54,570 nucleotides of DNA from Bacilli bacterium (GTDB lineage Bacteria; Bacillota_I; Bacilli_A; RFN20; CAG-826), in contig JAZRZD010000034.1 in assembly GCA_045601085.1 (NCBI GenBank), positions 1-54,570 on the forward strand, read 5' to 3'. The position numbers and the translations under genes were made by a program. Shown here piece after piece: positions 19,113 to 28,670 of the stretch. The notes below the pieces were generated by a model. It worked only from the letters and a program-made list of their open reading frames with translations, had not been told where the DNA came from and searched no databases. The number at the start of each line of letters is the position of its first letter. The stretch's first letter is position 1.

Positions 19113-21066
19113 AGAACACGCTCGTGCTAAAAAAGGCACATTTAAGAGATTAGTGAAATCTTTATTTGCTAAGTTTAAATGGCAATTAATCTTTGTATTA
19201 GCATGCATGATTTTCACAGTTATTGGTAACGTTAGCTCATCATTCTTTATTGGACTTGTTACCGCAGCGGTCACAAAAGCAGTAGAAACTCCAGGAATTA
19301 ATCCTTTCGTGGACATATTTGATTTCGTAACTCAATTTGGTTTTTCAATTAGTTCTAATATTACGATCTTATTAATAATAATGGGGTCTATCTACCTTGT
19401 TGGAATCTTCTCAATTTGGTTACAAAATAGAACGCTTGCTATTATTGGTCAAAAATATTTAAACGAATTTAGAATTGCCTTATTTAATAAGATGCAAGAT
19501 CTTCCAATTAGATACTTTGATACCCACGCTCGTGGTGACATTATGTCTATTTATACAAACGATATTGATACGATTAGACAACTTATCACACAAGCAATCC
19601 CAACAATTATTACTTGTGGTTTAGCGGTTTTCTTCTTGTTAATTGTTATGCTATTTGAATCTGTTTGGCTTTTACTTGTTGTTGTTGGATGCACAATTAT
19701 TATGCTTTTAGCGACAGTTAGACTATCTAAAAAGAGCAGCAAATACTTCATTAAACAACAAAAACAAATTGGTATTTTGGAAGGTAATATTGAAGAAAGT
19801 ATTAAAGGATTAAAAGTTATTAAAGTATTCTCTCATGAAGAAAAATCCACTCAAGAATTTACCGATATGGACGCTACTTTAAGAGAATATTCTACTGAAG
19901 CTAATACCAGAGCTAATATTACAGGTCCTATCAACGCTAACATTGGTAACTTCATGTATGTCTTATGTGCTGTTGTTGGATTTATGCTTTTAGCTAATTT
20001 ATTCCCTAATGTTTCTATTGCTGGTGTCCAAGATAACCTAGAACTTGAAGCTGTTGTTTCATTAGTTGTTACATTCTTATCAATGAGTAGAATGTTCACA
20101 AATAACGTTAATAACTTATCTCAAAACATTACATTCATTGTTATGGGTATGGCAGGTGCTTCCCGTTGCTTTGATTTAATGGATGAAGAAATTGAAAAAG
20201 ACGAAGGCTATGTTACATTAGTTAACTATGTTAGAGATGAAAATGGTAACATTGTTGAAACTGACAAACACACTAGAGACTTCGCTTGGAAACATCCACA
20301 TAAAGCTGATGGATCTGTTACATATACAGAACTTAAAGGAGACATTGAATTAGTGGATGTTGATTTCGGATATGTTGCAGATAAGACAGTTTTGCATAAT
20401 GTTTCTATTTATGCTCACCCAGGACAAAAGATTGCTTTCGTAGGTGCTACTGGTGCTGGTAAAACCACAATCACTAACTTATTAAATAGATTCTATGATA
20501 TCCAAGATGGTAAGATCAGATATGACGGAATCAATATTAATAAGATTAAAAAAGCAGACTTAAGAAAGTCTTTAGGTATTGTTTTACAAGACACTAACTT
20601 ATTTAGTGGCGCTGTTATGGAAAACATCCGTTATGGTAGATTAGACGCTACTGATGAAGAAGTTTATGAAGCAGCTAAGATTGCTAATGCATATGACTTT
20701 ATTACACGTTTACCACAAGGCTTTAATACAATGCTTACTGGTGATGGTAGTAACCTCTCACAAGGTCAAAGACAACTTCTCTCTATTGCTAGAGCTGCAG
20801 TAGCGGATGCTCCTGTTATGATTCTTGATGAAGCTACTTCCTCAATTGATACAAGAACTGAACAATTAGTCCAAAAAGGTACTGATCAATTAATGGAAGG
20901 TAGAACAGTATTTGTAATTGCACATAGACTTTCTACAGTTCAAAACTCTGATTGTATTATGGTTCTTGACCATGGTCATATTATTGAACGTGGCAGTCAC
21001 GAAGAATTAATCGCTAAAAAAGGCACATATTATCAACTCTACACTGGTGCATTTGAACTAGAATAA
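19093..21066 (+). CDS. ABC transporter permease/ATP-binding protein (exporter half-transporter, subunit 2; heterodimer partner)
   Basis: Walker A GATGAGKTT. Signature LSQGQRQLLSIARA. ATG 19093 preferred over the GTG 19084 of the ORF track (SD GGAGGTG 6 nt upstream). Overlaps subunit 1 by 20 nt. Confidence 0.9.
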   Translation: MPPMRIKEHARAKKGTFKRLVKSLFAKFKWQLIFVLACMIFTVIGNVSSSFFIGLVTAAVTKAVETPGINPFVDIFDFVTQFGFSISSNITILLIIMGSIYLVGIFSIWLQNRTLAIIGQKYLNEFRIALFNKMQDLPIRYFDTHARGDIMSIYTNDIDTIRQLITQAIPTIITCGLAVFFLLIVMLFESVWLLLVVVGCTIIMLLATVRLSKKSSKYFIKQQKQIGILEGNIEESIKGLKVIKVFSHEEKSTQEFTDMDATLREYSTEANTRANITGPINANIGNFMYVLCAVVGFMLLANLFPNVSIAGVQDNLELEAVVSLVVTFLSMSRMFTNNVNNLSQNITFIVMGMAGASRCFDLMDEEIEKDEGYVTLVNYVRDENGNIVETDKHTRDFAWKHPHKADGSVTYTELKGDIELVDVDFGYVADKTVLHNVSIYAHPGQKIAFVGATGAGKTTITNLLNRFYDIQDGKIRYDGININKIKKADLRKSLGIVLQDTNLFSGAVMENIRYGRLDATDEEVYEAAKIANAYDFITRLPQGFNTMLTGDGSNLSQGQRQLLSIARAAVADAPVMILDEATSSIDTRTEQLVQKGTDQLMEGRTVFVIAHRLSTVQNSDCIMVLDHGHIIERGSHEELIAKKGTYYQLYTGAFELE

Positions 21067-21196
21067 TTCCTAAAAACAAATGATATAGCCTGTATATTTG
21101 TAAATGCAATATGTTACAAAACAGGCTTTTTTGATTATTTTTTACAAAATAGTTTATTTTAATTTGGCAAAGCAAATATAATAATGAAAGTTATTT

Positions 21197-22471
21197 ATGA
21201 AAAACTTCGTATTCATCTCACCAAACTTCCCATATACCTACTACAGATTCGTCTCTGCTTTAAAAAGAAACGGATTTAGAGTTTTAGGTGTTGGTGATAC
21301 CCCATATAATGAACTCCATCCTGAACTTAAAAAAGATTTAACAGAATATTATGGATGTTGGGGTATGGATAATTTTGATAATGAAATTGCTGCTATTAGA
21401 TATTTTGAAAATAAATATGGACATATTGATTATTTAGAAAGTAATAATGAATACTGGTTAAGAAAAGACGCCAGATTAAGAGATATGTTTTACATCTCAA
21501 CGGGCATTCAAGGTGACTTAATTAATACCTACCAATACAAATCTCAAATGAAAGAGAAATATATCCAAGCAGGCGCACATGTTGCTAACTGGATTATTGT
21601 TGAATCTAGAGAACAAGTAGAAGAGTTTGCTAAGAAATATGGTTACCCATTATTTATTAAACCAGATATTGGTGTAGGCGCAGCTGGTGACTTTAAAATC
21701 AAAAATAGTGCAGATTTAGATAGATTTTTCAATGAAAAAGCTGAGAATGTTCCATATATTTGTGAACAATTTATTTCTGGAAACATAGTTTCATTTGATG
21801 GAATTACAGATAGTAACGCTAACGTTATCTTCTGTGCATCAAACCATTTCCCCCCATCAATCAGTGATATCGTTGAAGAACATAAAGATGTCTTCTATTA
21901 CTGTGGACCAAATGTTGATAAAGACTTAGAAGAAATTGGTCGTAAAGTAATAAAAGCTTTTGAAGTAAAAAATCGTTTCTTCCATTTAGAATTCTTTAGA
22001 GTAGATCAAGATGTTCCTGGTGTCGCTAAAAAAGGCGAGATTGTTGCTCTTGAAACTAATATGAGACCAGCAGGTGGATATACCCCAGACTTAATTAACT
22101 ATGCATTAGGTGTTAACTGTTATCAAATCTATGCTGATTCAATTGCATTCAATGAAAATAGACAAGATATGACACATGAAAAATATTTTGCAGCATGTGC
22201 ATCAAGAAGAGATGAGAATGAATATTTCTACTCTGATCAAAGAATCCTTGAAGTATTTAAAGGTTCTGTAGTGGCCTCTGGTAGATATCCTGAAGTATTC
22301 TCCGGCGCTATGGGTAATAGATACTTTATGGCTAGATTCATTAATGAACACGATATGGAAGTGTTCTGGGAATTTGTTAGCCGTAAAAAAGGTCAAGGAC
22401 CAGATACAATAAAAACAGAAAAGAAAACTGATAATACACCAATATGTGATAGACATGTTGATGGTGCTTAA
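21197..22471 (+). CDS. ATP-grasp domain protein (carboxylate-amine ligase-like; substrate unknown)
   Basis: ATP-grasp-like segments YPLFIKPDIGVGAAGDFKI and HLEFFRV…IVALETNMRPAGG. 424 aa. No family assignment possible by eye. Confidence 0.55.
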   Translation: MKNFVFISPNFPYTYYRFVSALKRNGFRVLGVGDTPYNELHPELKKDLTEYYGCWGMDNFDNEIAAIRYFENKYGHIDYLESNNEYWLRKDARLRDMFYISTGIQGDLINTYQYKSQMKEKYIQAGAHVANWIIVESREQVEEFAKKYGYPLFIKPDIGVGAAGDFKIKNSADLDRFFNEKAENVPYICEQFISGNIVSFDGITDSNANVIFCASNHFPPSISDIVEEHKDVFYYCGPNVDKDLEEIGRKVIKAFEVKNRFFHLEFFRVDQDVPGVAKKGEIVALETNMRPAGGYTPDLINYALGVNCYQIYADSIAFNENRQDMTHEKYFAACASRRDENEYFYSDQRILEVFKGSVVASGRYPEVFSGAMGNRYFMARFINEHDMEVFWEFVSRKKGQGPDTIKTEKKTDNTPICDRHVDGA

Positions 22472-22587
22472 TATATGTATATATTAAATAAAAAGAGTGA
22501 CATATATGTTACATTTGTAACAATGTGTCTTTTTTTTCGTGCTTTTTAAAAATTTAATGTAGATACTATTAGGGTAAGGAGATTTTT

Positions 22588-23502
22588 ATGGCAAACAACA
22601 AATATGTCATTTTTACTGACTCATGTAGTGATTTATCCACTGCAGAGAGAAAACAATTAAACGTTGAATACCTTCGTATGGGTTTAGTTGTTGATGGTGT
22701 TGAAATGGAAGCCGACCTTGACTGGGAAGCTTACAAACCAGAAGAATTCTATGGTTGGTTAGAACAAGGTAAGAAAATTAAAACAAACCAAGTTTCACTT
22801 CCAGAATTTGAAAAAAGATTCACACCTTATTTAGAACAAGGATACGACATTCTTTATTTAGGATGTGCTGGAGCACTTAGTGGTTCTGTTGGTTTCTGTA
22901 ACCAAATTGCCGCATCTGCACTTTTAGAAAAATTCCCAGATAGAAAGATTGTTGGTATTGATACTTGCTGTGGTTCATATACTGAAGGTATGTGTGTCGT
23001 TTATGCGTGTAAGAAAAGAGACGAAGGTTTATCTTTTGATGAATTAATCGCTTGGGTTGAAGAAAACAAAAATACATTTAACCAATTCGCTACTGTCGAC
23101 ACATTAAAATACTTAAAGGAAGCAGGACGTATTAAAGGTACTGCAGCTTTCTTTGGTGATATCATTGGTGTTAAACCAATCTTCATCAGTGACGCAAAAG
23201 GCAATAACTTTGTTATCCAAAAGGTTAGAGGTACAAAAGCTTCTATCGATGCATTAGTGGAAGGTATTAAAACTACAATTATTCCAGAAGAATGTGATTA
23301 TATTCAAATCTGCCAAGGTATGGCTCATGAAAAAGCTGAAATTATTAAAGGAAAATTTGAAGAATTATTCCCAAATATTCCTGTAAAACTTGGCTGGATT
23401 GGTCCTATCGTTGGAACAACATGTGGTCCTGGAATTATTGGCGTATTCTGCCATGGTAAACAAGTCACCAGGTTTGATGGTGATGGAATCCCAACAAAAT
23501 AA
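22588..23502 (+). CDS. DegV-family (fatty-acid-binding) protein
   Basis: N-terminal YVIFTDSCSDLS. RBS AAGGAG. 304 aa. Followed by a terminator. Confidence 0.85.
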   Translation: MANNKYVIFTDSCSDLSTAERKQLNVEYLRMGLVVDGVEMEADLDWEAYKPEEFYGWLEQGKKIKTNQVSLPEFEKRFTPYLEQGYDILYLGCAGALSGSVGFCNQIAASALLEKFPDRKIVGIDTCCGSYTEGMCVVYACKKRDEGLSFDELIAWVEENKNTFNQFATVDTLKYLKEAGRIKGTAAFFGDIIGVKPIFISDAKGNNFVIQKVRGTKASIDALVEGIKTTIIPEECDYIQICQGMAHEKAEIIKGKFEELFPNIPVKLGWIGPIVGTTCGPGIIGVFCHGKQVTRFDGDGIPTK

Positions 23503-23514
23503 GCAATAATTTAA

Positions 23515-23547
23515 TTAAAAAAGAAGAGGCTTTGCCTCTTTTTTTGT
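23515..23547 (+). terminator. Rho-independent terminator after degV
   Basis: AGAGGC-tttg-GCCTCT hairpin followed by TTTTTTT. Confidence 0.7.
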
Positions 23548-23589
23548 GCTTTATTTGACAAATATTTAAACAACACTTATTGTTAAATT

Positions 23590-25083
23590 ATGAGAAAGAT
23601 TTTTAAATCTTTGTTTATTATCGCAATTCCTTTAGTGTGCTTATGTAGCAGTTGTGCTATTCCTTTTTTGTTTACAACTGAAAATTTTAAGATAACTACA
23701 ACTGGAGTTAAGGGTAGTAAGCAAAATCCTATTGTTTGTTCTTCTTGGACTGAATTAACATTTGAAGTTTCTAAAAGTATTGCAGAAGAGAAATCTGCAA
23801 TTTATATCTCTCCTAACTTTGTAGACACTAAAGTGCCTTTTGGTCGTTTGAATGCCACATTTGAACTTGATGCATATTTAAATACATCTGTAGATCAAAC
23901 TGCTTATGATGAATCAGGTGTTGGTCATCTCGTATTCTTTAATGAATACCTTAAGAAAGGTTGGACATATAAAATCAACTTTACTTATTGTTATCCTAAA
24001 GCGGCATCTACTTTCTCTCCTAGAAGCGGGTATTATGATCTTAATAAACTTCCATCCGCAAATGATGGAATTATTAGAGCGCAACATCAAAAAAGAGCTG
24101 CAGATTTCAATGATTTCCCAATATTAAGTGATAATGTTGGAGTATTTACTGTACACAACTCTGAAGAACTATGGTGGGCTATTAGTAACAAATATAAACC
24201 TAGCTTTGCTAAAAAAAGTGAGAAAGTACAATCGCTTTGGAATAAAGCTCTTAATATATGTCGTAAAATTATTTCAGACGACATGACTGATTTAGAAAAG
24301 ATTACCTGTATATATTCTTATCTCACAGGAGAATGCTTATATGATTATGACTGTATCCCTAGTGAAGAAGATTTTGATGATGTTTGGCAAGAAAACACCG
24401 CATACTTCCTTGAGGGCGCATTAGACCATAACACTGCTGTTTGTGATTCATTATCTAAAACATTCGCACTTCTAGCAGGTATTGAAGGATTAGATGTCAA
24501 AAGAGGATTTGGTTATGTTTATGGTGATAATCCTACAGGGCACGCATGGAATTATGCCTCTATTGATGGCGGTAACACTTATTATTTAATTTGTCCAACA
24601 TGGGGTAGATTTGAAGGCGCATGGGAAATCGCAGGACAAAACATTCCTTTCAACTTCTCTTCATATGATTCATTTATGGTTAAAAATACATACTTCCAAG
24701 AAGCAGGAGGTATGCATTTTGATGAAAGTATTTGGAAAGACTTGAATAAAGCGACATCAAATTACAATGCTTTTGATAATCTAAGTTACACATATAATGA
24801 TAAAGAATATGACTTTGTCATTGATTCTGATGAAGAATTAGAAGCAATGCTCGCAAGCGCGATTCAAGCAATGGGAGATATCGATAGCTTTGCATTACAA
24901 TTTGCATTAGGCAGTGGTTATGACTGGTCTGATGTAGAAGCTTTTAGAGACAGAATTAAAGCTTATTTAATTAGTCATGGCAATAATAATTACTTTTATT
25001 CATGGGGGCAAACAGATAGTTTTTTCCCATTAAATCCTAACTATTTTGAAGTTTTTGTTACTAATGAACCTAGACCATCATAG
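23590..25083 (+). CDS. Transglutaminase-like (cysteine-protease-fold) putative lipoprotein
   Basis: Signal peptide with Cys cluster IAIPLVCLCSSC. Catalytic-core-like region TAVCDSLSKTFALLAGIEGLDVKRGFGYVYG…TGHAWNYASIDGG (Cys/His of the transglutaminase-like fold). Confidence 0.6.
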   Translation: MRKIFKSLFIIAIPLVCLCSSCAIPFLFTTENFKITTTGVKGSKQNPIVCSSWTELTFEVSKSIAEEKSAIYISPNFVDTKVPFGRLNATFELDAYLNTSVDQTAYDESGVGHLVFFNEYLKKGWTYKINFTYCYPKAASTFSPRSGYYDLNKLPSANDGIIRAQHQKRAADFNDFPILSDNVGVFTVHNSEELWWAISNKYKPSFAKKSEKVQSLWNKALNICRKIISDDMTDLEKITCIYSYLTGECLYDYDCIPSEEDFDDVWQENTAYFLEGALDHNTAVCDSLSKTFALLAGIEGLDVKRGFGYVYGDNPTGHAWNYASIDGGNTYYLICPTWGRFEGAWEIAGQNIPFNFSSYDSFMVKNTYFQEAGGMHFDESIWKDLNKATSNYNAFDNLSYTYNDKEYDFVIDSDEELEAMLASAIQAMGDIDSFALQFALGSGYDWSDVEAFRDRIKAYLISHGNNNYFYSWGQTDSFFPLNPNYFEVFVTNEPRPS

Positions 25084-25166
25084 TTAAAATTTTGAATATT
25101 ATTTTGTAATCGTTAAATTATAATTTACAATAAAAATCAGAAAGACATACATAAGGAGGTAAATAT

Positions 25167-26222
25167 ATGGCTTTAATCGATGTAGTTAAATTTGAGCCTA
25201 GACAAGGCACTGACTGGATTATGTACAAATATCCAGGAAATGAATTTCACACAAAAAGTAAATTAATCGTTGGACCTGGACAAAGAGCAATTGCTGTTCA
25301 TGGCGGTAAGGTTGAAGGTGAATTTAAAAGTGGCACAACAATCTTAAATACTGAAGTCTATCCATTCTTAAATGCTTTTGTAAAAATAGTTCATGGTGGT
25401 AAACAACCATTTACCATGGAAGTTTATTACTTTAATACAACTGTTCAAACACGATCAGAATGGGGTACAAAACGTCCAGCTTTATTAAATGATCCACAAA
25501 CAGGTTTAGTGGTTCACGCTAGAGCATTTGGTAGTTACAATGCTAGACTTGGTGACAGCCAATTCTTCTTACAAGAATTTGCAGGAAGTGGTGCTGATGG
25601 TGATGTTGTTAGCTGGTCTTATGTAAAAGATAAACTTGATGGTATTATCCAACAAACAATCCAAAAAGCTTTAGGCGACTTTATGGTCAAACAAAGAATT
25701 GGTGTTCTAGAACTCCCAGGATTTGTTGAAGACTTCTCCAACTACTTAAAAGGTTCATGCACTGATTACTTTGCAAAATACGGATTTGAAGTTACTGATT
25801 TAGTAACAGAATCCTTAAATGTTCCAGATGAAGATATGGAAGCTCTTAAGAAGGCTAGAGAATACGCAGTTCTTGGAACTTCATATGAAAGAAATAGACA
25901 ACTCGATATCCAAGAAAAATGGGCCGGCAATGAAGGTCAAGCAGGTGGTATCGCCGCTGCTGGTATGGCTCTTGGTATGGGCCTCAATGGAATGAACCAA
26001 TTCCAAGCCAACGCAAATAATAACGCTCCTATGACCGGAACTCCAACCGCTCCAATGGGCGCAGGTAAATGTGCTAAATGTGGTGCTGATGTTCCTTCTG
26101 GTGCAAAATTCTGCCCAGCATGTGGAGAACCAGTTGCACAAAAGAAATTCTGCCCACAATGTGGTAAACCAGTTGAACCAGGTGCAAAATTCTGCCCTGA
26201 ATGTGGTGCTAAACTTCAATAG
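25167..26222 (+). CDS. SPFH/band-7-like protein with three C-terminal zinc-ribbon motifs (COG4260-like)
   Basis: C-terminus CAKCGADVPSGAKFCPACGEP…KFCPQCGKPVEPGAKFCPECGAKLQ (3x CxxC-pair ribbons). RBS AAGGAGG. N-terminal region resembles the virion-core-protein-like SPFH family. Confidence 0.6.
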   Translation: MALIDVVKFEPRQGTDWIMYKYPGNEFHTKSKLIVGPGQRAIAVHGGKVEGEFKSGTTILNTEVYPFLNAFVKIVHGGKQPFTMEVYYFNTTVQTRSEWGTKRPALLNDPQTGLVVHARAFGSYNARLGDSQFFLQEFAGSGADGDVVSWSYVKDKLDGIIQQTIQKALGDFMVKQRIGVLELPGFVEDFSNYLKGSCTDYFAKYGFEVTDLVTESLNVPDEDMEALKKAREYAVLGTSYERNRQLDIQEKWAGNEGQAGGIAAAGMALGMGLNGMNQFQANANNNAPMTGTPTAPMGAGKCAKCGADVPSGAKFCPACGEPVAQKKFCPQCGKPVEPGAKFCPECGAKLQ

Positions 26223-26231
26223 GTGAGTTAA

Positions 26232-26732
26232 ATGAAAAAGAAAGCTTTATTACTTTTAATTCCAATTATTCTTACATTTGTGGTTGCTATCATTCCACCT
26301 ATTTGTTTTGCTACCATGGGGTGGTATCCATCAGATCATAGTGCAGCATTTGGAATTACATATTGGGTTATTTATGGTGCTGCTATCTTAGCTTGCTTAG
26401 TGTGGTGTTTAATTGCTTGTTTTGCAAAGAAAGATGCAGGTATTAGCTATTTACAATGTGGGAGTGTCTTATTACTCCAACTAGTGTCTCCTATTACATT
26501 AATCTTTGCTTGTATTGAAGAAGATTATGCAGTTATCTTCCCAATTATAATTGCCGCGATTGCCTTTGCAGCATTTGTTGTGTTATTAGTCGCTACAAGT
26601 GTATTAAATTCACAAATTAAGGAAGTTATGCCTAAAATTCAAGCCAAAGAAGAACCAGTTGTTGATGCTGATGCAACCTTCAATAATGATGATGGATCAT
26701 TCAAAGGTTCAAGAGTCGGTAAGAATAAATAA
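26232..26732 (+). CDS. Hypothetical small polytopic membrane protein (166 aa)
   Basis: RBS AGGTGAG. ~4 predicted TM segments. Lies 10 nt downstream of the SPFH gene, likely co-transcribed. Confidence 0.4.
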   Translation: MKKKALLLLIPIILTFVVAIIPPICFATMGWYPSDHSAAFGITYWVIYGAAILACLVWCLIACFAKKDAGISYLQCGSVLLLQLVSPITLIFACIEEDYAVIFPIIIAAIAFAAFVVLLVATSVLNSQIKEVMPKIQAKEEPVVDADATFNNDDGSFKGSRVGKNK

Positions 26733-26762
26733 CTTATAAACCTAAATTTAGAAGGCCCCTCA

Positions 26763-26787
26763 AAAAGGGGTCTTTTTTAAAAAGATG
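26763..26787 (+). terminator. Rho-independent terminator
   Basis: GGCCCC-tcaaaaa-GGGGTC hairpin plus TTTTTT. Confidence 0.7.
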
Positions 26788-26828
26788 AATTAACAAGGGA
26801 AAACATTCATATAAATGAATATAATAAA

Positions 26829-27710
26829 ATGTATATGAAATATGGGATTATCATTACTAACCAAGAAGTTGGTCATAACGCTTATAAAATAAAAAGGTAC
26901 TTAGAAGAACAAGGTGCTTTAGGCATTTCTTTATGTCATGTTGTTAATGATGGAACAATTGCTTCTATTAATGATAGTGGTGATGTTGTTATCAATTTAC
27001 CAAAGTGCGATTTTATTATTTATTGTGATAAAGATATATATTTAGCAAGGTTACTAGAAAAAGCAGGATATTTATTATTTAATAGCGCAGATTTTACAAA
27101 ACTTTGTGATGATAAAATTCTAACATTTATTAAATGTGCAAACATGGGTATTAGTATGCCTAAAACTTTCGCAGGACCATTATTTTATAATCATGATTTA
27201 AATGATGAAAACACTAAGTTTTTATCTCAAGTTGGTAAAGAAATTGGATTCCCATTAGTGATGAAAAGAGTATATGGTTCTTTAGGTGAAGGAGTATTCC
27301 TAGTAAATAACCAAGAAGAATTAGTTAACTTATATAAAAAGCTTTCTGGAGAACCAGTTTTATTTCAAAAATATATTGCTTCTTCTTATGGAAAAAGTAT
27401 GCGTGTTATTGTTATTGACGGTAAAGTGTTTGGAGCGTTTGAAAGATATAATCCAGAAGACTTTAGAAGTAACTTCTCCGTTCACGCATCAAGTAGAGCA
27501 ACCTCTAATCCAAAATTCCTAGCATTTGCCCAACATATTGCAGATAAATTAAATATTCTTTACGCTGGTATTGATCTTTTATATGGAGAAAATGACACTC
27601 CAATTCTTTGTGAAATTAACTCTAATGCTTTCTTTGAAGAATTTGAAAAGATTACTAGCCTTAATGTTGCTAAAGCGTATTTAGAAATGGTATTAAATCA
27701 TCTTAAATAG
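26829..27710 (+). CDS. RimK-family ATP-grasp ligase (alpha-L-glutamate ligase-like)
   Basis: RimK-like motifs FPLVMKRVYGSLGEGVFLV and ILCEINSNAFFEEFE. 293 aa. Confidence 0.7.
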   Translation: MYMKYGIIITNQEVGHNAYKIKRYLEEQGALGISLCHVVNDGTIASINDSGDVVINLPKCDFIIYCDKDIYLARLLEKAGYLLFNSADFTKLCDDKILTFIKCANMGISMPKTFAGPLFYNHDLNDENTKFLSQVGKEIGFPLVMKRVYGSLGEGVFLVNNQEELVNLYKKLSGEPVLFQKYIASSYGKSMRVIVIDGKVFGAFERYNPEDFRSNFSVHASSRATSNPKFLAFAQHIADKLNILYAGIDLLYGENDTPILCEINSNAFFEEFEKITSLNVAKAYLEMVLNHLK

Positions 27711-27712
27711 TT

Positions 27713-28633
27713 ATGAACAAGAATTATCAAAAGAAAACCACATATAGCAAAGACTATAAAAATATCAAAGAATTCAAAGTCAAAGGACAATGTGAATTAC
27801 TTGAGTTTTTACTTAATACTTTTTCTAATCAATCTAGAAACTCAGTCAAATCATTATTAAGTTCACATCGTGTTAGTGTTGATGGCGCTCCTGTTACGCA
27901 ATTTAATTTAAAACTATATCCAGGAGATACAGTTATTATTTCTTCCTCACCAATTAAAAAGAAAACTAGAAGCAATTTACCTATTATTTTTGAAAATGAT
28001 GAAATAATTGTTATCAATAAACCTAGTGGATTACTTTCTATCGCAAGTGATAAAGAAAAAGGCGCTACAGCATATCGTATGCTTTCTGATTATGTTCAAC
28101 AAAAAGACAAACATAATCGTGTATTTGTTGTCCATAGACTTGATGAAGACACTTCTGGAGTCTTTATGATTGCTAAAAACCAAAAGATCCAACAAGCATT
28201 ACAAGATAATTGGAATGATTTAGTGACAAAACGTGGATATTACGCAATTGTAGATGGAAAGATGAAAAATAATGAAGGCACAATTACTTCATATTTAAAA
28301 AAGAATGCGCAAAACATGATGTATTCATCTAAAAAGAAAGGTGATGGCCAATACGCTATTACCCATTATAAAGTTATTAAAACCAACAAATTATATTCGT
28401 TATTAGACGTTAAAATTGATACTGGTAGAAAGAATCAAATTAGAGTTCATTTAGGTGAACAAGGTAACTATGTTATTGGTGATGATAAATACGGAAATCC
28501 ATCTAATCCGATTAATAGATTAGGACTCCATGCTTATGAATTATCTTTAAAGCACCCTTTTACAGGTAAAGAACTTACATTTAAAGCCCCAATTCCAAAA
28601 GAGTTTACAGACTTATTTAACGAAGACAAATAA
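27713..28633 (+). CDS. RluA-family pseudouridine synthase with N-terminal S4 domain
   Basis: Catalytic motif HRLDEDTSGVFMIAKN. S4-like N-terminus. Coupled to the upstream rimK-like gene (2-nt gap). Confidence 0.85.
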   Translation: MNKNYQKKTTYSKDYKNIKEFKVKGQCELLEFLLNTFSNQSRNSVKSLLSSHRVSVDGAPVTQFNLKLYPGDTVIISSSPIKKKTRSNLPIIFENDEIIVINKPSGLLSIASDKEKGATAYRMLSDYVQQKDKHNRVFVVHRLDEDTSGVFMIAKNQKIQQALQDNWNDLVTKRGYYAIVDGKMKNNEGTITSYLKKNAQNMMYSSKKKGDGQYAITHYKVIKTNKLYSLLDVKIDTGRKNQIRVHLGEQGNYVIGDDKYGNPSNPINRLGLHAYELSLKHPFTGKELTFKAPIPKEFTDLFNEDK

Positions 28634-28670
28634 TTGTTATTATTTCGTTAAACCTTTACAATATTAAATA

